A DNA stretch of 64,000 nt from Verrucomicrobiaceae bacterium. GTDB lineage: Bacteria; Verrucomicrobiota; Verrucomicrobiia; Verrucomicrobiales; Verrucomicrobiaceae. The notes under the pieces were generated by a model. The model was not told the origin of the DNA. It made no database searches and saw only the letters and a list, made by a program, of their open reading frames with translations. Below, piece after piece: positions 42,068 to 52,764 of this stretch. The position numbers were made by a program, and so were the translations under genes. Location: the NCBI GenBank assembly GCA_016713035.1, contig JADJPW010000004.1:467578-531577 (forward strand), read 5' to 3'. How positions within the stretch are numbered: position 1 is the stretch's first letter; every line of letters begins with the position of its first letter.

Positions 42068-43525
42068 ATGAAGTTCTTGCTCTTTTCTCTCCTCCTCACA
42101 CTGCCGCTACATGCCGAAATCCTCGCAGGCATCGCGAAAATGGACATCACCGACCGCACCGTGCCGGTGAATGATCCGTGTTTTGCCAAAGCACTCGTTT
42201 TAAAGAGCGATCAAACGACCGCTGTGCTCATCACCGTAGATGCGGTGGCCATCGGAGGCATCGGACGCATCGGCAATGGCTTCCTCTCGAATGTGCGGAA
42301 GGAACTCAGCGGCATCGCCGACGAGGTCATCATCAATGCCAGCCACTGCCACGGCATCGTTCGAAATGATTTGCAGCAGCTCGTCGTCCAAGCCGTCAAA
42401 GATGCCGCGAAGAGCCTCGTTCCGGTCAAAGTGAGCGCGGGGACCGGTAATGAGAGCCGCATCAGCGAAAACCGCCGCATGTTCCTCAAAGATGGCACGC
42501 AGATCGACATGCGCCGCGCCTACTCGATGCCGCGTGATGAAGACGTGCTCAGCACAGGGCCGATCGATCCGCAGATCGGCCTCCTGCGGCTGGATCGCAA
42601 AAAAGACGGCTCCCCTTTTGCGGTCGTGTATCAGTTCTCCTGCCATCCGATCATGAACCCTCCGAGCAAGGGCAACTCGGCGGACTATCCCGGTTTTGCC
42701 TCCAAGGTCATCGAAGAAGCCACCGGCGCGATGGCCTTCTTTGTCCAAGGTTGCGGCGGAGACATCAATCCGGTGCATTACAAAGAGGTCAGCCGCCCCG
42801 CGGATGCCGAGCCACTCGGCACCATGCTCGGAGCGAGCGTTTTGGCCGCTCTGCGTCGATTTGAGCCGCAAAACGACGCCACACTGAAAATCAGCCGCGA
42901 AGTGCTCCCACTGCCCCGAGCCGCAGATTTCGAAAAACGCATCTCGAACATCGAAACCGAGCAAAAAGCCCTCGTCGCGGCCCTGAAGACCACGAACATC
43001 AATTTCAAGACCTTCCTCCCGCTGCTCATGCAGCACAAATTATGGCCCGAAACACCCTCACACTACGCCCAGGGCTATCTCGACAACGCCAAGCCGCTCC
43101 AGCAGCTCGATGCTGACAACAAAGCGCTCGTGGAGGCCTATCTCGGCAACGTCGCCATCATGGAAAAACTCACGCGACTGAATGCCAACCTCGCTTTGCT
43201 GAAAAAACACCTCGCCGAGACCAAAGCTGCAAACAGCCTCACGCTAGACGCCGAAGTCTGCGGCCTGCGAGTGGGTGCATTCAAGATCGTCACCTTCCCC
43301 GGTGAAATCACTGTGCAGGTGGGCCTAAACATCAAAAAAGCTGCGCAGGATGCCAACGCCCATGTCTCTGGTTACACGAACGGCTACATCTGGTACACCG
43401 CCACCGAGCAGCAACGGCGAAACAGCGGCTATGCTCAGGAGGACTGCGATGTCATCGTCGCCCCAGAGTGGCAAAGGCTCTTTGAAACCAAGGCGCTAGA
43501 AGTGCTGCGTGCTCTGGCCCGGTAA
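42068..43525 (+). CDS. Secreted neutral/alkaline ceramidase-like hydrolase
   Basis: Signal peptide; NASHCH, FSCHP, SADYPG, QGCGGDINP, PGE and GYTNGY. Confidence 0.75.
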   Translation: MKFLLFSLLLTLPLHAEILAGIAKMDITDRTVPVNDPCFAKALVLKSDQTTAVLITVDAVAIGGIGRIGNGFLSNVRKELSGIADEVIINASHCHGIVRNDLQQLVVQAVKDAAKSLVPVKVSAGTGNESRISENRRMFLKDGTQIDMRRAYSMPRDEDVLSTGPIDPQIGLLRLDRKKDGSPFAVVYQFSCHPIMNPPSKGNSADYPGFASKVIEEATGAMAFFVQGCGGDINPVHYKEVSRPADAEPLGTMLGASVLAALRRFEPQNDATLKISREVLPLPRAADFEKRISNIETEQKALVAALKTTNINFKTFLPLLMQHKLWPETPSHYAQGYLDNAKPLQQLDADNKALVEAYLGNVAIMEKLTRLNANLALLKKHLAETKAANSLTLDAEVCGLRVGAFKIVTFPGEITVQVGLNIKKAAQDANAHVSGYTNGYIWYTATEQQRRNSGYAQEDCDVIVAPEWQRLFETKALEVLRALAR

Positions 43526-43580
43526 ATCACATCCAGCACCGGCGTCGAAAAAATCGCCGCATTGAAAACCACCTGCTGAA

Positions 43581-44930
43581 CTACGGCTTCGTGATCGTGT
43601 AGCTGTGCTCCACCGCTCCATTTTCCAGATCGGATCGCGTCACACCGGGCACGATGCTGCGCACGTAGTCCACTTTGGCCTCGCTCGCTGAGACGCTGAC
43701 TCGCAGATGTCCGCTGCTGCCGAGGATGACACCGCCGTAGCCATACTCCTCAGCGCTGCGAGTGCCGCCGCTGGGGTGACCAGGCTGTGGCACCTCTTTG
43801 ACGAATAGATGGTCATGCCCGTGGAAGACGATGTTCACGCCATGCTTCTTGAAGAGCTGATGCAGCGGCATTTCCCAGCCAGGGCGGTTTTGTGTGAAGC
43901 CCTCGCTACCGTCGGCGTTTTTGCCGCCCCATTCCATGTAGGCGGCAGGTTTGGCCCCGCCGCGCACATCACGGCCCAGGCCGCCGACGAGGTGATGGAT
44001 GAAGACAAAGCGCATCGCCGCCTTGCTGCTCGCGAGAGTCTTTTCCAGCCAGCGATACTGCTTCTCACCCAGAGTCATGTCCCACCCAGAGGCTCCACGC
44101 TGCATCGTGGCCCAAAAAGGGTCCAGGCCGATGAAAAGTGCGCTCCCCCACTCAAAAGCGAAGTAGCTATGCTTATCATTTCCATCGGTGGGATTCGGGA
44201 AATAGGTGTGCCGCATGCCCAGTGACCATTCAGACATCTCAGGGTCACTGCCGCGCTCGCCGTCGTGGTTCCCCAGCACCATGAAAACCGGCACACTATG
44301 CGCGATGCGGCCCATGTAGTAGCGCTGCGCCTTGTACTGCGACTCGGAGCGGCGGAAGAATTTGCCAAACTTGTCCACCATCGTCGTATCGCCCAGGTCG
44401 ATCATGAAGTCCGGCTTCTCCGCGAGCATATTGGCCAGGGATTGCTGGTAAACGCGGACATCGGTGTTGTTATCGAGATGTGAGTCTGCCTGCACGACAA
44501 AGGAAAAGCTCTGCCCAGCCTTCCGCTGCGTGTGAAAGCTGCGCATCACATCCTGCACCGCCTCGCCACCCGCGCGGCGATAAGTCAGCCGGTAGTTGTA
44601 AGCCGTGTCGGGCTTCAAACCGTCGAGCACGATGTTTTGAGGCTCGCCAGCCTTCAGCTTCAGCGCTGGCGTCTTCAATCCATCACCATACTCGATGAAA
44701 GCCTCCATTGCCTCCCACGCCAGCATACTGACCGTCACGGAGTCTGCCCCTGGCCTGCACAGCCACACATTGAATAAATACGGTGGCACCACCGCTGGCT
44801 CCACCTGCCCGCCCTGCCCTGCTCCGCCATTCCCGCCGCCTTTGCCTCCGCCCTTCGGCTTTTCATCCGACACAGCAGCGATCAAAAAATGGGGCAGCAG
44901 GGCAAACAGCAGAGCGTAGTGAGTTCTCAT
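43581..44930 (-). CDS. Secreted metallophosphoesterase (purple-acid-phosphatase-like) with Gly/Lys-rich N-terminal linker
   Basis: DSH, DLGD, GNHD, HH and GHDH metal ligands; Fn3-like N-domain. Confidence 0.88.
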   Translation of the reverse strand: MRTHYALLFALLPHFLIAAVSDEKPKGGGKGGGNGGAGQGGQVEPAVVPPYLFNVWLCRPGADSVTVSMLAWEAMEAFIEYGDGLKTPALKLKAGEPQNIVLDGLKPDTAYNYRLTYRRAGGEAVQDVMRSFHTQRKAGQSFSFVVQADSHLDNNTDVRVYQQSLANMLAEKPDFMIDLGDTTMVDKFGKFFRRSESQYKAQRYYMGRIAHSVPVFMVLGNHDGERGSDPEMSEWSLGMRHTYFPNPTDGNDKHSYFAFEWGSALFIGLDPFWATMQRGASGWDMTLGEKQYRWLEKTLASSKAAMRFVFIHHLVGGLGRDVRGGAKPAAYMEWGGKNADGSEGFTQNRPGWEMPLHQLFKKHGVNIVFHGHDHLFVKEVPQPGHPSGGTRSAEEYGYGGVILGSSGHLRVSVSASEAKVDYVRSIVPGVTRSDLENGAVEHSYTITKP

Positions 44931-44951
44931 TCGCTCATCCTATCCAGGTCT

Positions 44952-45000
44952 GTCAGCAGCAGATCAAGCATACGCTGTCGATTTGTCAGCAAACGGTAAG
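44952..45000 (-). promoter_or_regulatory. Conserved box copy A (upstream of the metallophosphoesterase)
   Basis: Minus strand CTTACCGTTTGCTGACAAAT (45000-44981), with a further CTGAC 33 nt downstream. Confidence 0.7.
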
Positions 45001-45118
45001 TGTAGCGCCTCACTCCCACGTCCAAATCGAACCAGATCCCACCGAATCGAACAAGCAATGCAGCCAAACAGGTCCGCTGGCGAGAAAATCGCCATGCACA
45101 CACGTTTGTTGTCGCCCC

Positions 45119-46318
45119 ATGAAATCCCTGTCTGTCCTTTACCTCCTGCTGAGCTCGTTTCTCAGCGCCCAGACGACCTACGATCCCGCGAAATTACCGA
45201 AGGGACATGATTACTATGAACTGCGAGGCGGCTTGGCGAACTGCCAGCGCAAATTCTCGCAGGAAAAGAGCGGTCGGGTGATTTTCCTCGGTGGGTCCAT
45301 CACGGCAGGCGGAGCCTGGCGGCAGCACACCTGCGACTACCTCACCAGAAAATTCCCAGACACGAAATTCGATTTCATCAACGCTGGCATCGGCTCGATG
45401 GGCTCTGTGCCACATGCGTTCCGACTGGAGCGCGATGTGCTGTCAAAAGGGCCGGTCGATCTGCTCTTTGTCGAAGCGGCGGTGAACGACAGCTCGAACA
45501 TCCCCACCCTACCCGATCAGATGCTGCGCGGCATGGAGGGCGTGGTGCGCCACATGCGCAGTGTCAGCCCACTCACCGACATCGTGCAGCTCCACTTTGT
45601 CATGCCACCGCACATGGACGACTACCATAAGGGCAAGGTGCCCACCTCCATCGCACAGCATGAAAAAGTGGCCGTGGCGTATGAGAATCCATCGCTGAAT
45701 CTCTCACTCGAAGTCACCGACCGCATCGACGCAGGAGAATTCACCTGGGACAGGGACTTTAAAGGCCTGCATCCCTCCGCCTTTGGTCATCAGCTCTACG
45801 CCAACAGCGTCGCCCGCATGCTCGATGCCGCTTTTGCCAAACCGCTGGCCGATGCCGCAAAACCGCACGCTCTGCCAGCCATGATCGATGCGCAAAGCTA
45901 TGCCAAAGGCCGCCTCGGCAACATCGCGGAGGCAAAGAACCTCCAAGGATTCACGCTGGAGCCCGCGTGGAGGCCCACGGATAAAAAAGGCACGCGAGCT
46001 GGTTTTGTCGATGTGCCCGCTCTTGTCGCTACGCAGTCTGGCGCAGCGTTTGAGTTCAGCTTCACCGGCACTGGCTGCGGTCTCTTCATCGCCGCTGGGC
46101 CAGATGCTGGGATCATCGAGTGCAGCATCGATGGCGGCGAGTTTCGGCAATCCAATACCTTCACGCAGTGGAGCAGTGGCTTGCATCTACCCTGGGCACT
46201 CATCCTAGACGACAGCCTCCCACCTGGCAGCCACATGGCAAAGGTCCGTATCATCGCGCCAACCGATGCCAGATCCACCGGCCATGCGCTGCGTGTGTTT
46301 CATCTGCTACTCAACTAA
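45119..46318 (+). CDS. SGNH/GDSL hydrolase family protein
   Basis: FLGGSIT, NAGIG, EAAVND and LHP blocks. Confidence 0.85.
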   Translation: MKSLSVLYLLLSSFLSAQTTYDPAKLPKGHDYYELRGGLANCQRKFSQEKSGRVIFLGGSITAGGAWRQHTCDYLTRKFPDTKFDFINAGIGSMGSVPHAFRLERDVLSKGPVDLLFVEAAVNDSSNIPTLPDQMLRGMEGVVRHMRSVSPLTDIVQLHFVMPPHMDDYHKGKVPTSIAQHEKVAVAYENPSLNLSLEVTDRIDAGEFTWDRDFKGLHPSAFGHQLYANSVARMLDAAFAKPLADAAKPHALPAMIDAQSYAKGRLGNIAEAKNLQGFTLEPAWRPTDKKGTRAGFVDVPALVATQSGAAFEFSFTGTGCGLFIAAGPDAGIIECSIDGGEFRQSNTFTQWSSGLHLPWALILDDSLPPGSHMAKVRIIAPTDARSTGHALRVFHLLLN

Positions 46319-46327
46319 TGCTCCCCA

Positions 46328-48992
46328 ATGCTCCGCGCTCTCCTTCTCGCCATTTTCACTGCTGAATCGCTCCTCGCTGCCGATCCGGCGATGCCAGAAA
46401 AACATCGTGCCCTTTTCCAAGAGCACTGCGTGAGCTGCCATGGGCCGGAAAAGCAGAAAGGAAAGTTCCGCGTCGATGATCTGCCGGTAGCGATCACGAA
46501 TGTCGAAATCGCCGAAAAGTGGCAGAAGGTGCTCAATGCGATGAATTCGGGCGATATGCCGCCAGAAGACGAGAAACAGCCCTCGAGTGCTGCAAAGGCG
46601 GATTTCCTCGATGATCTGGCGAATGTGATGGTCGCGGCCCGAAGGACGCTGGGCGATCAAAAGGGCGTGATCACGATGCGGCGGCTGAATCGTCGCGAAT
46701 ACAAAAACACGCTGCGGGAACTGCTCGGCGTGGAGATCAATGTGGCGGAGCTGCCGCCAGATGGTGGCTCTGGGGCCTTTGATACCGTAGGCTCGAACCT
46801 TTTCATGTCGGCAAACCAGATCGAGCAGTATCAGGCGCTCGGTCGCGAGGCGCTGGAGGAGGCTTTTGCGTGGCAAACGGCGGCGAGTGTCACAAAGAAG
46901 CTGCACTACGAGGCCGAAACGACGACGCCGAAGGTGAAAGACTTCGTGAAGTATCAAATCGATGCCCGCGAGCGTGCGCAGAAGTGGGTGAAGGCAGTCG
47001 ATGAGGCCATGGCGAAGCCGGAGAACAAGGAGATCGTCGCGAAGATCCGCGAGGAGGTGAAAAATAGCGAATCACGCCTCCGCCGCGAGTGGGCACGCAT
47101 CCCTGGTGCCCCGAATCCGCGCACGTTTGGCTTTGATAAGAAAGGCGAGAACGATGCCGATCTCGCGAATGATTCGCTCGGAGCGGGCTGGTTGAAGTAT
47201 CACGAGTATTACACGCAGATGCCGGATGTGGATCGCGGGGCCTACCTCGGCACGCAGACGCGACATCCAGCGGAGCTGAACGTGAACTACATCGAGCTGC
47301 TGGTGCCTTTTGACTGGCCGGTGGGAGATTACATCGTCCGCGTGCGAGCAGCGGCCGTGAAGGATACACCTGCAGAGCGTCGCTTCCTCGACTTCGGCAT
47401 CCATGCCCGCACAGGCAAGGTGCTGAACACTTACGAGATCACCGGGACCATCGAGCAACCTCAGACCATCGAGATTCCGCTCTCCCTGACGCGTGGCAAC
47501 CTGACTCGAGAGAACCGCTCGCTTTTCTTCCGCGAGAAAGGCAGTTGGGACACCAACGAAGAAGGCAATCGCAAGCGTGCCGAAGCCGTGAAACGCAACG
47601 GCATCGGCCCCGAGCCTGGCGCTATGGGTGGACTGGATCGAAGTAGAGCGCGTGCCGAATGCCACCAAGCCCGTGCCGCCCGGTTTTGCCGCCCTGAAGC
47701 TGCCGCTCGATGACAAATCGCCCGCACCCGCCGCTACTGAGCTCCGCGCTGCCTTCGAGCGCTTCGCCACCGAGGCCTTTCGCGGCACCACGCCGCCGTC
47801 AGACTATGTGGATCGCTTGATGAGCCTTTACGACGTGCGCCGCAAAGCCGGTGACAAGCCCGTGGCCGCGCTGAAGGACACACTCGCGGTCGTTTTGGCC
47901 TCGCCGATGTTTCTCTACCTCGCGGAGCCTTCGCCCGATGACAAACGTAGGCCGCTCACCGCGCCCGAACTCGCCACACGGCTCTCGTATTTCCTCTGGA
48001 GTGCTCCGCCAGATACCGAGCTGCGTAAAAGCGATCTCTCGAAGCCCGAAGTGCTCGCCGCTCAAACCGAGCGCTTGCTCAATGATCCGCGCTCGGAGGG
48101 CTTTTTGACGGCCTTTGTCCATCAATGGCTCGGCCTGGATCGCATCGACTTCTTTGAGGTGAATCGCGCGCTGTATCCGCGTTTTGACTCCGGCACGAAG
48201 GTCGCGGCCAAAGGCGAGATCCATGAGACCATCGCGCACATCTTGAAGCACAACGCCAGCCTGCGTGATCTTTTGAAAAGCGACTACGTCGTCATCAATC
48301 GCGTGCTCGCTCACTACTACGGCATCCCCGGCGTGAAGGGCGAAGGCTACGAGAAAGTGTCGCTGCCGAAGGACTCGCCGCGCGGCGGCCTGCTGGGCAT
48401 GGCAGCCATTCATTTCATGGGCGGCAATGGCGAACGCACCAGCCCCGTCGAGCGCGGCGCCTGGGTACTGCGCAAGCTCCTGCACGACCCGCCGCCGCCC
48501 GCTCCTGCAAACGTGCCTGCCATCACACGCCTCGCGGGCAAAGTGCTCACCACGCACGAGAGACTCCTCGCGCATCAGGAGGACCCGCAGTGCGCTAGTT
48601 GCCATCGCAAAATCGACCCCATCGGCTTTGGCCTCGAAAACTTCGACGCCGCCGGCCAATGGCGCACCGAAGACAGCTACACCGCCCTCGACGCCAACGG
48701 CAAACCCGACCCCAAGAGCAAGAAGACCTGGACCATCGACTCCGCCGCGGCCTTCCACAAAGGCCCCGCGTTTAAAGACTACTTCGAGCTGCGAAACATC
48801 ATCGCCAGCAAGTCCGACGCCTTCGCCCGCAGCTTCAGTGAAGCCTTGATCGAGTTCGCTCTGGGAAGACCGCTCGGCTTTCGCGATGAGCCGCTGGTGG
48901 ATGATATGTTAGCGAAGGCCGGGAAGAAGAAACTCGCTATGCGGGAGTTCATCCATGCGCTTGTCAGCAGTTACGAGTTCAGGACAAAGTAA
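46328..48992 (+). CDS. Planctomycete cytochrome c + DUF1587/DUF1592/DUF1588/DUF1585 protein, frameshift near 47620
   Basis: [33 protein letters not shown] and [19 protein letters not shown]. Confidence 0.9.
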
Positions 48993-49141
48993 GCTCACCG
49001 AGCCTAGCTGCCTCTGATGAATCATGCCTGGTTAGAAAGCGCCGTAGTGTCAGCATGCACTGTCTGGCCTTGCAGAAACTCCCGCTCCGCATCGCACGGG
49101 GCCAGACCAGCGCCTCATGCTCGGCGTGCTGGTTCATGGGG

Positions 49142-49594
49142 TTATGCCTCAGCAGGCGGTCCGCCTTCGACGAGCATCGCGAGATGCTGCAGCGACTCCT
49201 GCCAGCCGAGGTAGCACATCTCTGCCGGGATCACTTCGGGAACGCCGGCCTGCGTGACGCTGAGCTCGGTGCCGCAGGAGACGGCTTTGAGCTTCACGGT
49301 GACTTCGATGGTGCCGGGCAGGTTCGGGTCATCAAAGACATCGGTGTAGCGGAGGAGTTCGTTCGGCACGAGTTCGAGGTATTCGCCTCCAAAAGAATGC
49401 GTGTGGCCGCTGCTGAACTGGGTGAAGGCCATCTTGAAAGTGCCGCCGACTTTTGGCTCGAGATGGAAGACTTTGCACAGAAAGCCATTCGGCGGCAGCC
49501 AGCGAGAAAGAGCATCGGGATCGAGGAAGGCTTTGTAAACGATCTCGGGCTTCGCTTTGAGCACGCGATGAAGGGTGATGGTGTGGCTGGGCAT
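49142..49594 (-). CDS. SRPBCC/AHSA1 family protein
   Basis: LHRVLKAKPEIVYKAFLDPDA, GEYLELVPNE and CYLGWQESL; start inferred. Confidence 0.88.
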   Translation of the reverse strand: MPSHTITLHRVLKAKPEIVYKAFLDPDALSRWLPPNGFLCKVFHLEPKVGGTFKMAFTQFSSGHTHSFGGEYLELVPNELLRYTDVFDDPNLPGTIEVTVKLKAVSCGTELSVTQAGVPEVIPAEMCYLGWQESLQHLAMLVEGGPPAEA

Positions 49595-49634
49595 GGTTAT
49601 TTGGAGAGCAGGATGCAGTCTTTCGGTTCCGTGT

Positions 49635-50027
49635 TCATGGCTGGTGACGCAGGATTTTTTCCAAGGCCTTTCCTTTGGCCAGTTCATCCATGAGTTTGTC
49701 GAGATAGCGCAGATCACGCATCAGCGGGTCAGCGATTTCTTCCACTCTCACGCCGCAGACGCTACCCGTGATCAAACTGCGCTGCGGGTTCATTTGCGGA
49801 GCTTGGGCGAAAAAAGTCTCAAAGTCACTCTGCGCGGCTAGCACTGCATCAAGCTGCTGCGGGCTGTAGCCGGTGAGCCAGCGGATGATCGTGTCCACCT
49901 CCGCTTTGGTGCGCCCCTTCCTCTCCGCCTTGGCGATGTAGAGCGGATACACGCTCGCAAAGCTGGTGGAAAAGATGCGGTGCCTTCCGCCGCTGGCGGT
50001 GGAGGATGCAGTGGATGGCTTTTTCAT
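49635..50027 (-). CDS. DUF2200 family protein
   Basis: [36 protein letters not shown] and RYLDKL.DELAKGK. Confidence 0.85.
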   Translation of the reverse strand: MKKPSTASSTASGGRHRIFSTSFASVYPLYIAKAERKGRTKAEVDTIIRWLTGYSPQQLDAVLAAQSDFETFFAQAPQMNPQRSLITGSVCGVRVEEIADPLMRDLRYLDKLMDELAKGKALEKILRHQP

Positions 50028-50031
50028 GGCT

Positions 50032-50565
50032 TCACTTTGGCGTGGCGACGAGCTTTGCCATCTCGGCGAGACCTTTTTCAAACTCGGTGCCGCACATGGA
50101 CTCGCAGTCCATGAAGAGGCTCACGAGCTTGGGCATGAGGCCTTCGTTTTTGCCATACATGGCCCAGGTGACGGTGGTTTGGCCGGCATCGGCCTTGAAG
50201 AGGTAATCCACGGTGCTGACGCCCTCCATCGGCTCCAGCCAGTCCATGCGCAGGCGGATGAGTTCGTTCGGTTTGCTCTCGGTGATGGTGGCCTTGCCCT
50301 TGCCGGTCATTTTGCCCTCCCAAGTCGAGGCGGAGCCGACGCCAGTTTCAGGCCCGAGATATTCTACCTTCGAGCCGGGGTCCATTTTTAGCCAGGGATT
50401 GAACTCGTTGAACTTTTTGTGGCTATTGAACCAGACAAACACCGCCTCCGGCGGAGCTGCGACGGTGATACTGCGCTCGACGCGGAAATCTGGCGATTTC
50501 AGCAAGGCGGTGGCGATGAGGCCGGCGATGAGCACAACTAGGACGATGAGGATCTTCTTGAGCAT
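50032..50565 (-). CDS. SRPBCC (polyketide cyclase 2-like) membrane-anchored protein
   Basis: [14 protein letters not shown]...NPW...GVGS and FEKGLA. Confidence 0.85.
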   Translation of the reverse strand: MLKKILIVLVVLIAGLIATALLKSPDFRVERSITVAAPPEAVFVWFNSHKKFNEFNPWLKMDPGSKVEYLGPETGVGSASTWEGKMTGKGKATITESKPNELIRLRMDWLEPMEGVSTVDYLFKADAGQTTVTWAMYGKNEGLMPKLVSLFMDCESMCGTEFEKGLAEMAKLVATPK

Positions 50566-50589
50566 GATAGTGGGTGGGTTGGGTGTGAG

Positions 50590-51120
50590 CTATTTCCGCG
50601 TGAAGATGACTGGCGGTCCGCAGGGGGCGCTTTTGCCGTCTTTCCAAGACACGCCTTCGAGTTTGAAGTGGTTCGCATCAATGAAGGTGTAGGTGGCACC
50701 GTGCATGTGCATGTCTTTCTGCACATTCAGACCGGGCGTCGGAGCGAGATCAAAGGTGAGCGAGTCCGCGGTCTGCTTCGCTAGCTTCATGCGCGGCTGG
50801 TTTCGCAGCATGCAGTAATGCGTCATGGTGAGCTTGCCATTCACATCGTGATACACGCTGAGCATCTCCATCGGAGTGCCCGCAGCGAAGCGCTCCTCAA
50901 TAACCGAATCGCCCGCGATAAGGCGGAACTCGGTATTCATCACACCCATCTCAGGCGATTCGCCCGACCATTTGCCGACGAGTGATTTCATGCGTTCAAA
51001 CGCTGTGGAGCCTTTGTAAGGCGGCATCTCGGCACAGGTAGCGTGTTTCGTCTGGCCGGACTGGCAGGACGTGAGAACCGCCAAAGCGGTTAGGGTGAGG
51101 AAGAGAGAGTGTGTTAACAT
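50590..51120 (-). CDS. Hypothetical lipoprotein
   Basis: Lipobox LTSC; MTHYCMLRNQPRM motif. Confidence 0.7.
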   Translation of the reverse strand: MLTHSLFLTLTALAVLTSCQSGQTKHATCAEMPPYKGSTAFERMKSLVGKWSGESPEMGVMNTEFRLIAGDSVIEERFAAGTPMEMLSVYHDVNGKLTMTHYCMLRNQPRMKLAKQTADSLTFDLAPTPGLNVQKDMHMHGATYTFIDANHFKLEGVSWKDGKSAPCGPPVIFTRK

Positions 51121-51470
51121 GTTAACGATGCGGTTGGGATGTATTTGGGTACAAGCAGAACATGATGAAATGACTACCAGTCACAGCATGGACGAACGAT
51201 AAAACACCGCGAGGACAGAAAAGTGAAAATATAACCTTACCACAAGTAGGCTGAAGAGGATCGATCGTGTAGCTCGCGATGGCCTGAATGTTCTTGTTCC
51301 GCCAGATTGAGGCCAAATCGCAAAGCCAGGCATTTTCTAGCCAGATCTGAGCGTGATTGTGGGCTGCACCATGTGCAGCGGACAAGCCCCTGAAGAGTGG
51401 GTATCAGCAAGGCGCAAGTATCCGGCAAGGATTGCCTCACGATGGAGGTATTGATCAAAGCCCAGCCCCC

Positions 51471-52757
51471 ATGAAAACCCGCCGCCACTTTCTCCAGTCT
51501 AAAACTGCGCTCATTGCTTTGCCCGCTTTGGAGTCGCTGGGCTTTCGTCGTTTTGCCTCGGCGGCTGCCTTATCGGCTCCGCCAAAGCGTTTGGTGTTCC
51601 TAGGCTTTGGCTGGGGCATCACGACGGAGACGTGGTTTCCGGACAGCAAGCAGACGGGGAAGGATTACACGCTGCCGGAGGGCCTAAAGCCGCTGGCGAG
51701 GCACAAGGCGGACTTTTCCATCGTACAGGGGCTTTGGAACAAATACTCGAACGAAGGCCACTGGGGCAGCACGATGTGGCTCACGGGCGCGAACCGCTTC
51801 GCGGAGCCTGGGCAGACGTTTCACAACAGCATCTCGGCGGATCAGGTCGCTGCGGCGAAGCTGGGCATGGAGACGCGTTTTGCTTCTCTTCAGCTCAATG
51901 GCAGCGAGAACGCGGAGGCCTCGGGACATGGGCCGGGGCTTTCGATGGCTTGGGATGTGAGCGGCAAACCCATCGGCGGTCACAAAGGCCCGGTGGAGGC
52001 GTTTCATCGGCTGTTTTCCAAGGACACGACGCCCATCGAGCAGCAGAAGGCGATGCTGGCGCAGAAGCGCAGCGTGCTGGACACGGTGATGGAGAACGCG
52101 AAGGCGATGCAGCGTGGCCTTGGCAAAAACGACAAGGCGAAGCTCGACGAATACTTCCAGGGCATCCGCGACATCGAGACGCGGCTCGCGAAGGACGAGC
52201 AATGGATCGGCGTGCCGCAGCCGAAGGCGCCGATCCCTCAGCCGCAGGAAGGCCTGGCGGGCAAAGAAGAGATCAAAATCATGTATGACATCATCGTCGC
52301 CGCGATGCAGACGGACAGCACCCGCGTGCTGACCTACCGCCAGCCGGTGAGTACGCTGCTGACGAGCATCGGCATCAAAGTGGCCCCGCATGACATGAGT
52401 CACTATCACTCGACCATGGGCGAAAAGCTCGCCGCTTCGCAGCAGCGCGATCTGGTGCAGAGCGAGCTGCTCGCTGGGCTCCTCGACAAGCTCAAAGCCA
52501 CCAAGGAAGCCGATGGCAGCCGCCTCTTTGATCACGTCGCCCTCGCCTACGGCAGCAACATCCGCACGGAGCACAATCTCGACAACTGCCCCACGCTGCT
52601 CACCGGCGGCGGCGCGGGCATCAAGCTCGGACACAACATCGTGGCACCGAAAGACACGCCACTGTGCAACACTTGGCTCACTCTGCTGCATGGCATCGGC
52701 GTGAATGCCGAGCGGCATGGCGATAGCTCCGGCGTGCTGAAGGAGATCGTGGCGTGA
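51471..52757 (+). CDS. DUF1552 (HXXSHH) domain protein, Tat-like signal
   Basis: TRRHFL, ISADQVAA and HDMSHY; usual partner of DUF1592 genes. Confidence 0.9.
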   Translation: MKTRRHFLQSKTALIALPALESLGFRRFASAAALSAPPKRLVFLGFGWGITTETWFPDSKQTGKDYTLPEGLKPLARHKADFSIVQGLWNKYSNEGHWGSTMWLTGANRFAEPGQTFHNSISADQVAAAKLGMETRFASLQLNGSENAEASGHGPGLSMAWDVSGKPIGGHKGPVEAFHRLFSKDTTPIEQQKAMLAQKRSVLDTVMENAKAMQRGLGKNDKAKLDEYFQGIRDIETRLAKDEQWIGVPQPKAPIPQPQEGLAGKEEIKIMYDIIVAAMQTDSTRVLTYRQPVSTLLTSIGIKVAPHDMSHYHSTMGEKLAASQQRDLVQSELLAGLLDKLKATKEADGSRLFDHVALAYGSNIRTEHNLDNCPTLLTGGGAGIKLGHNIVAPKDTPLCNTWLTLLHGIGVNAERHGDSSGVLKEIVA

Positions 52758-52764
52758 CGCTTGG

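Noticed and set aside
51122-51385. 87-aa minus-strand ORF in AT-richer DNA
   Set aside because: No recognisable motif, RBS or codon bias; cannot be supported as a gene.
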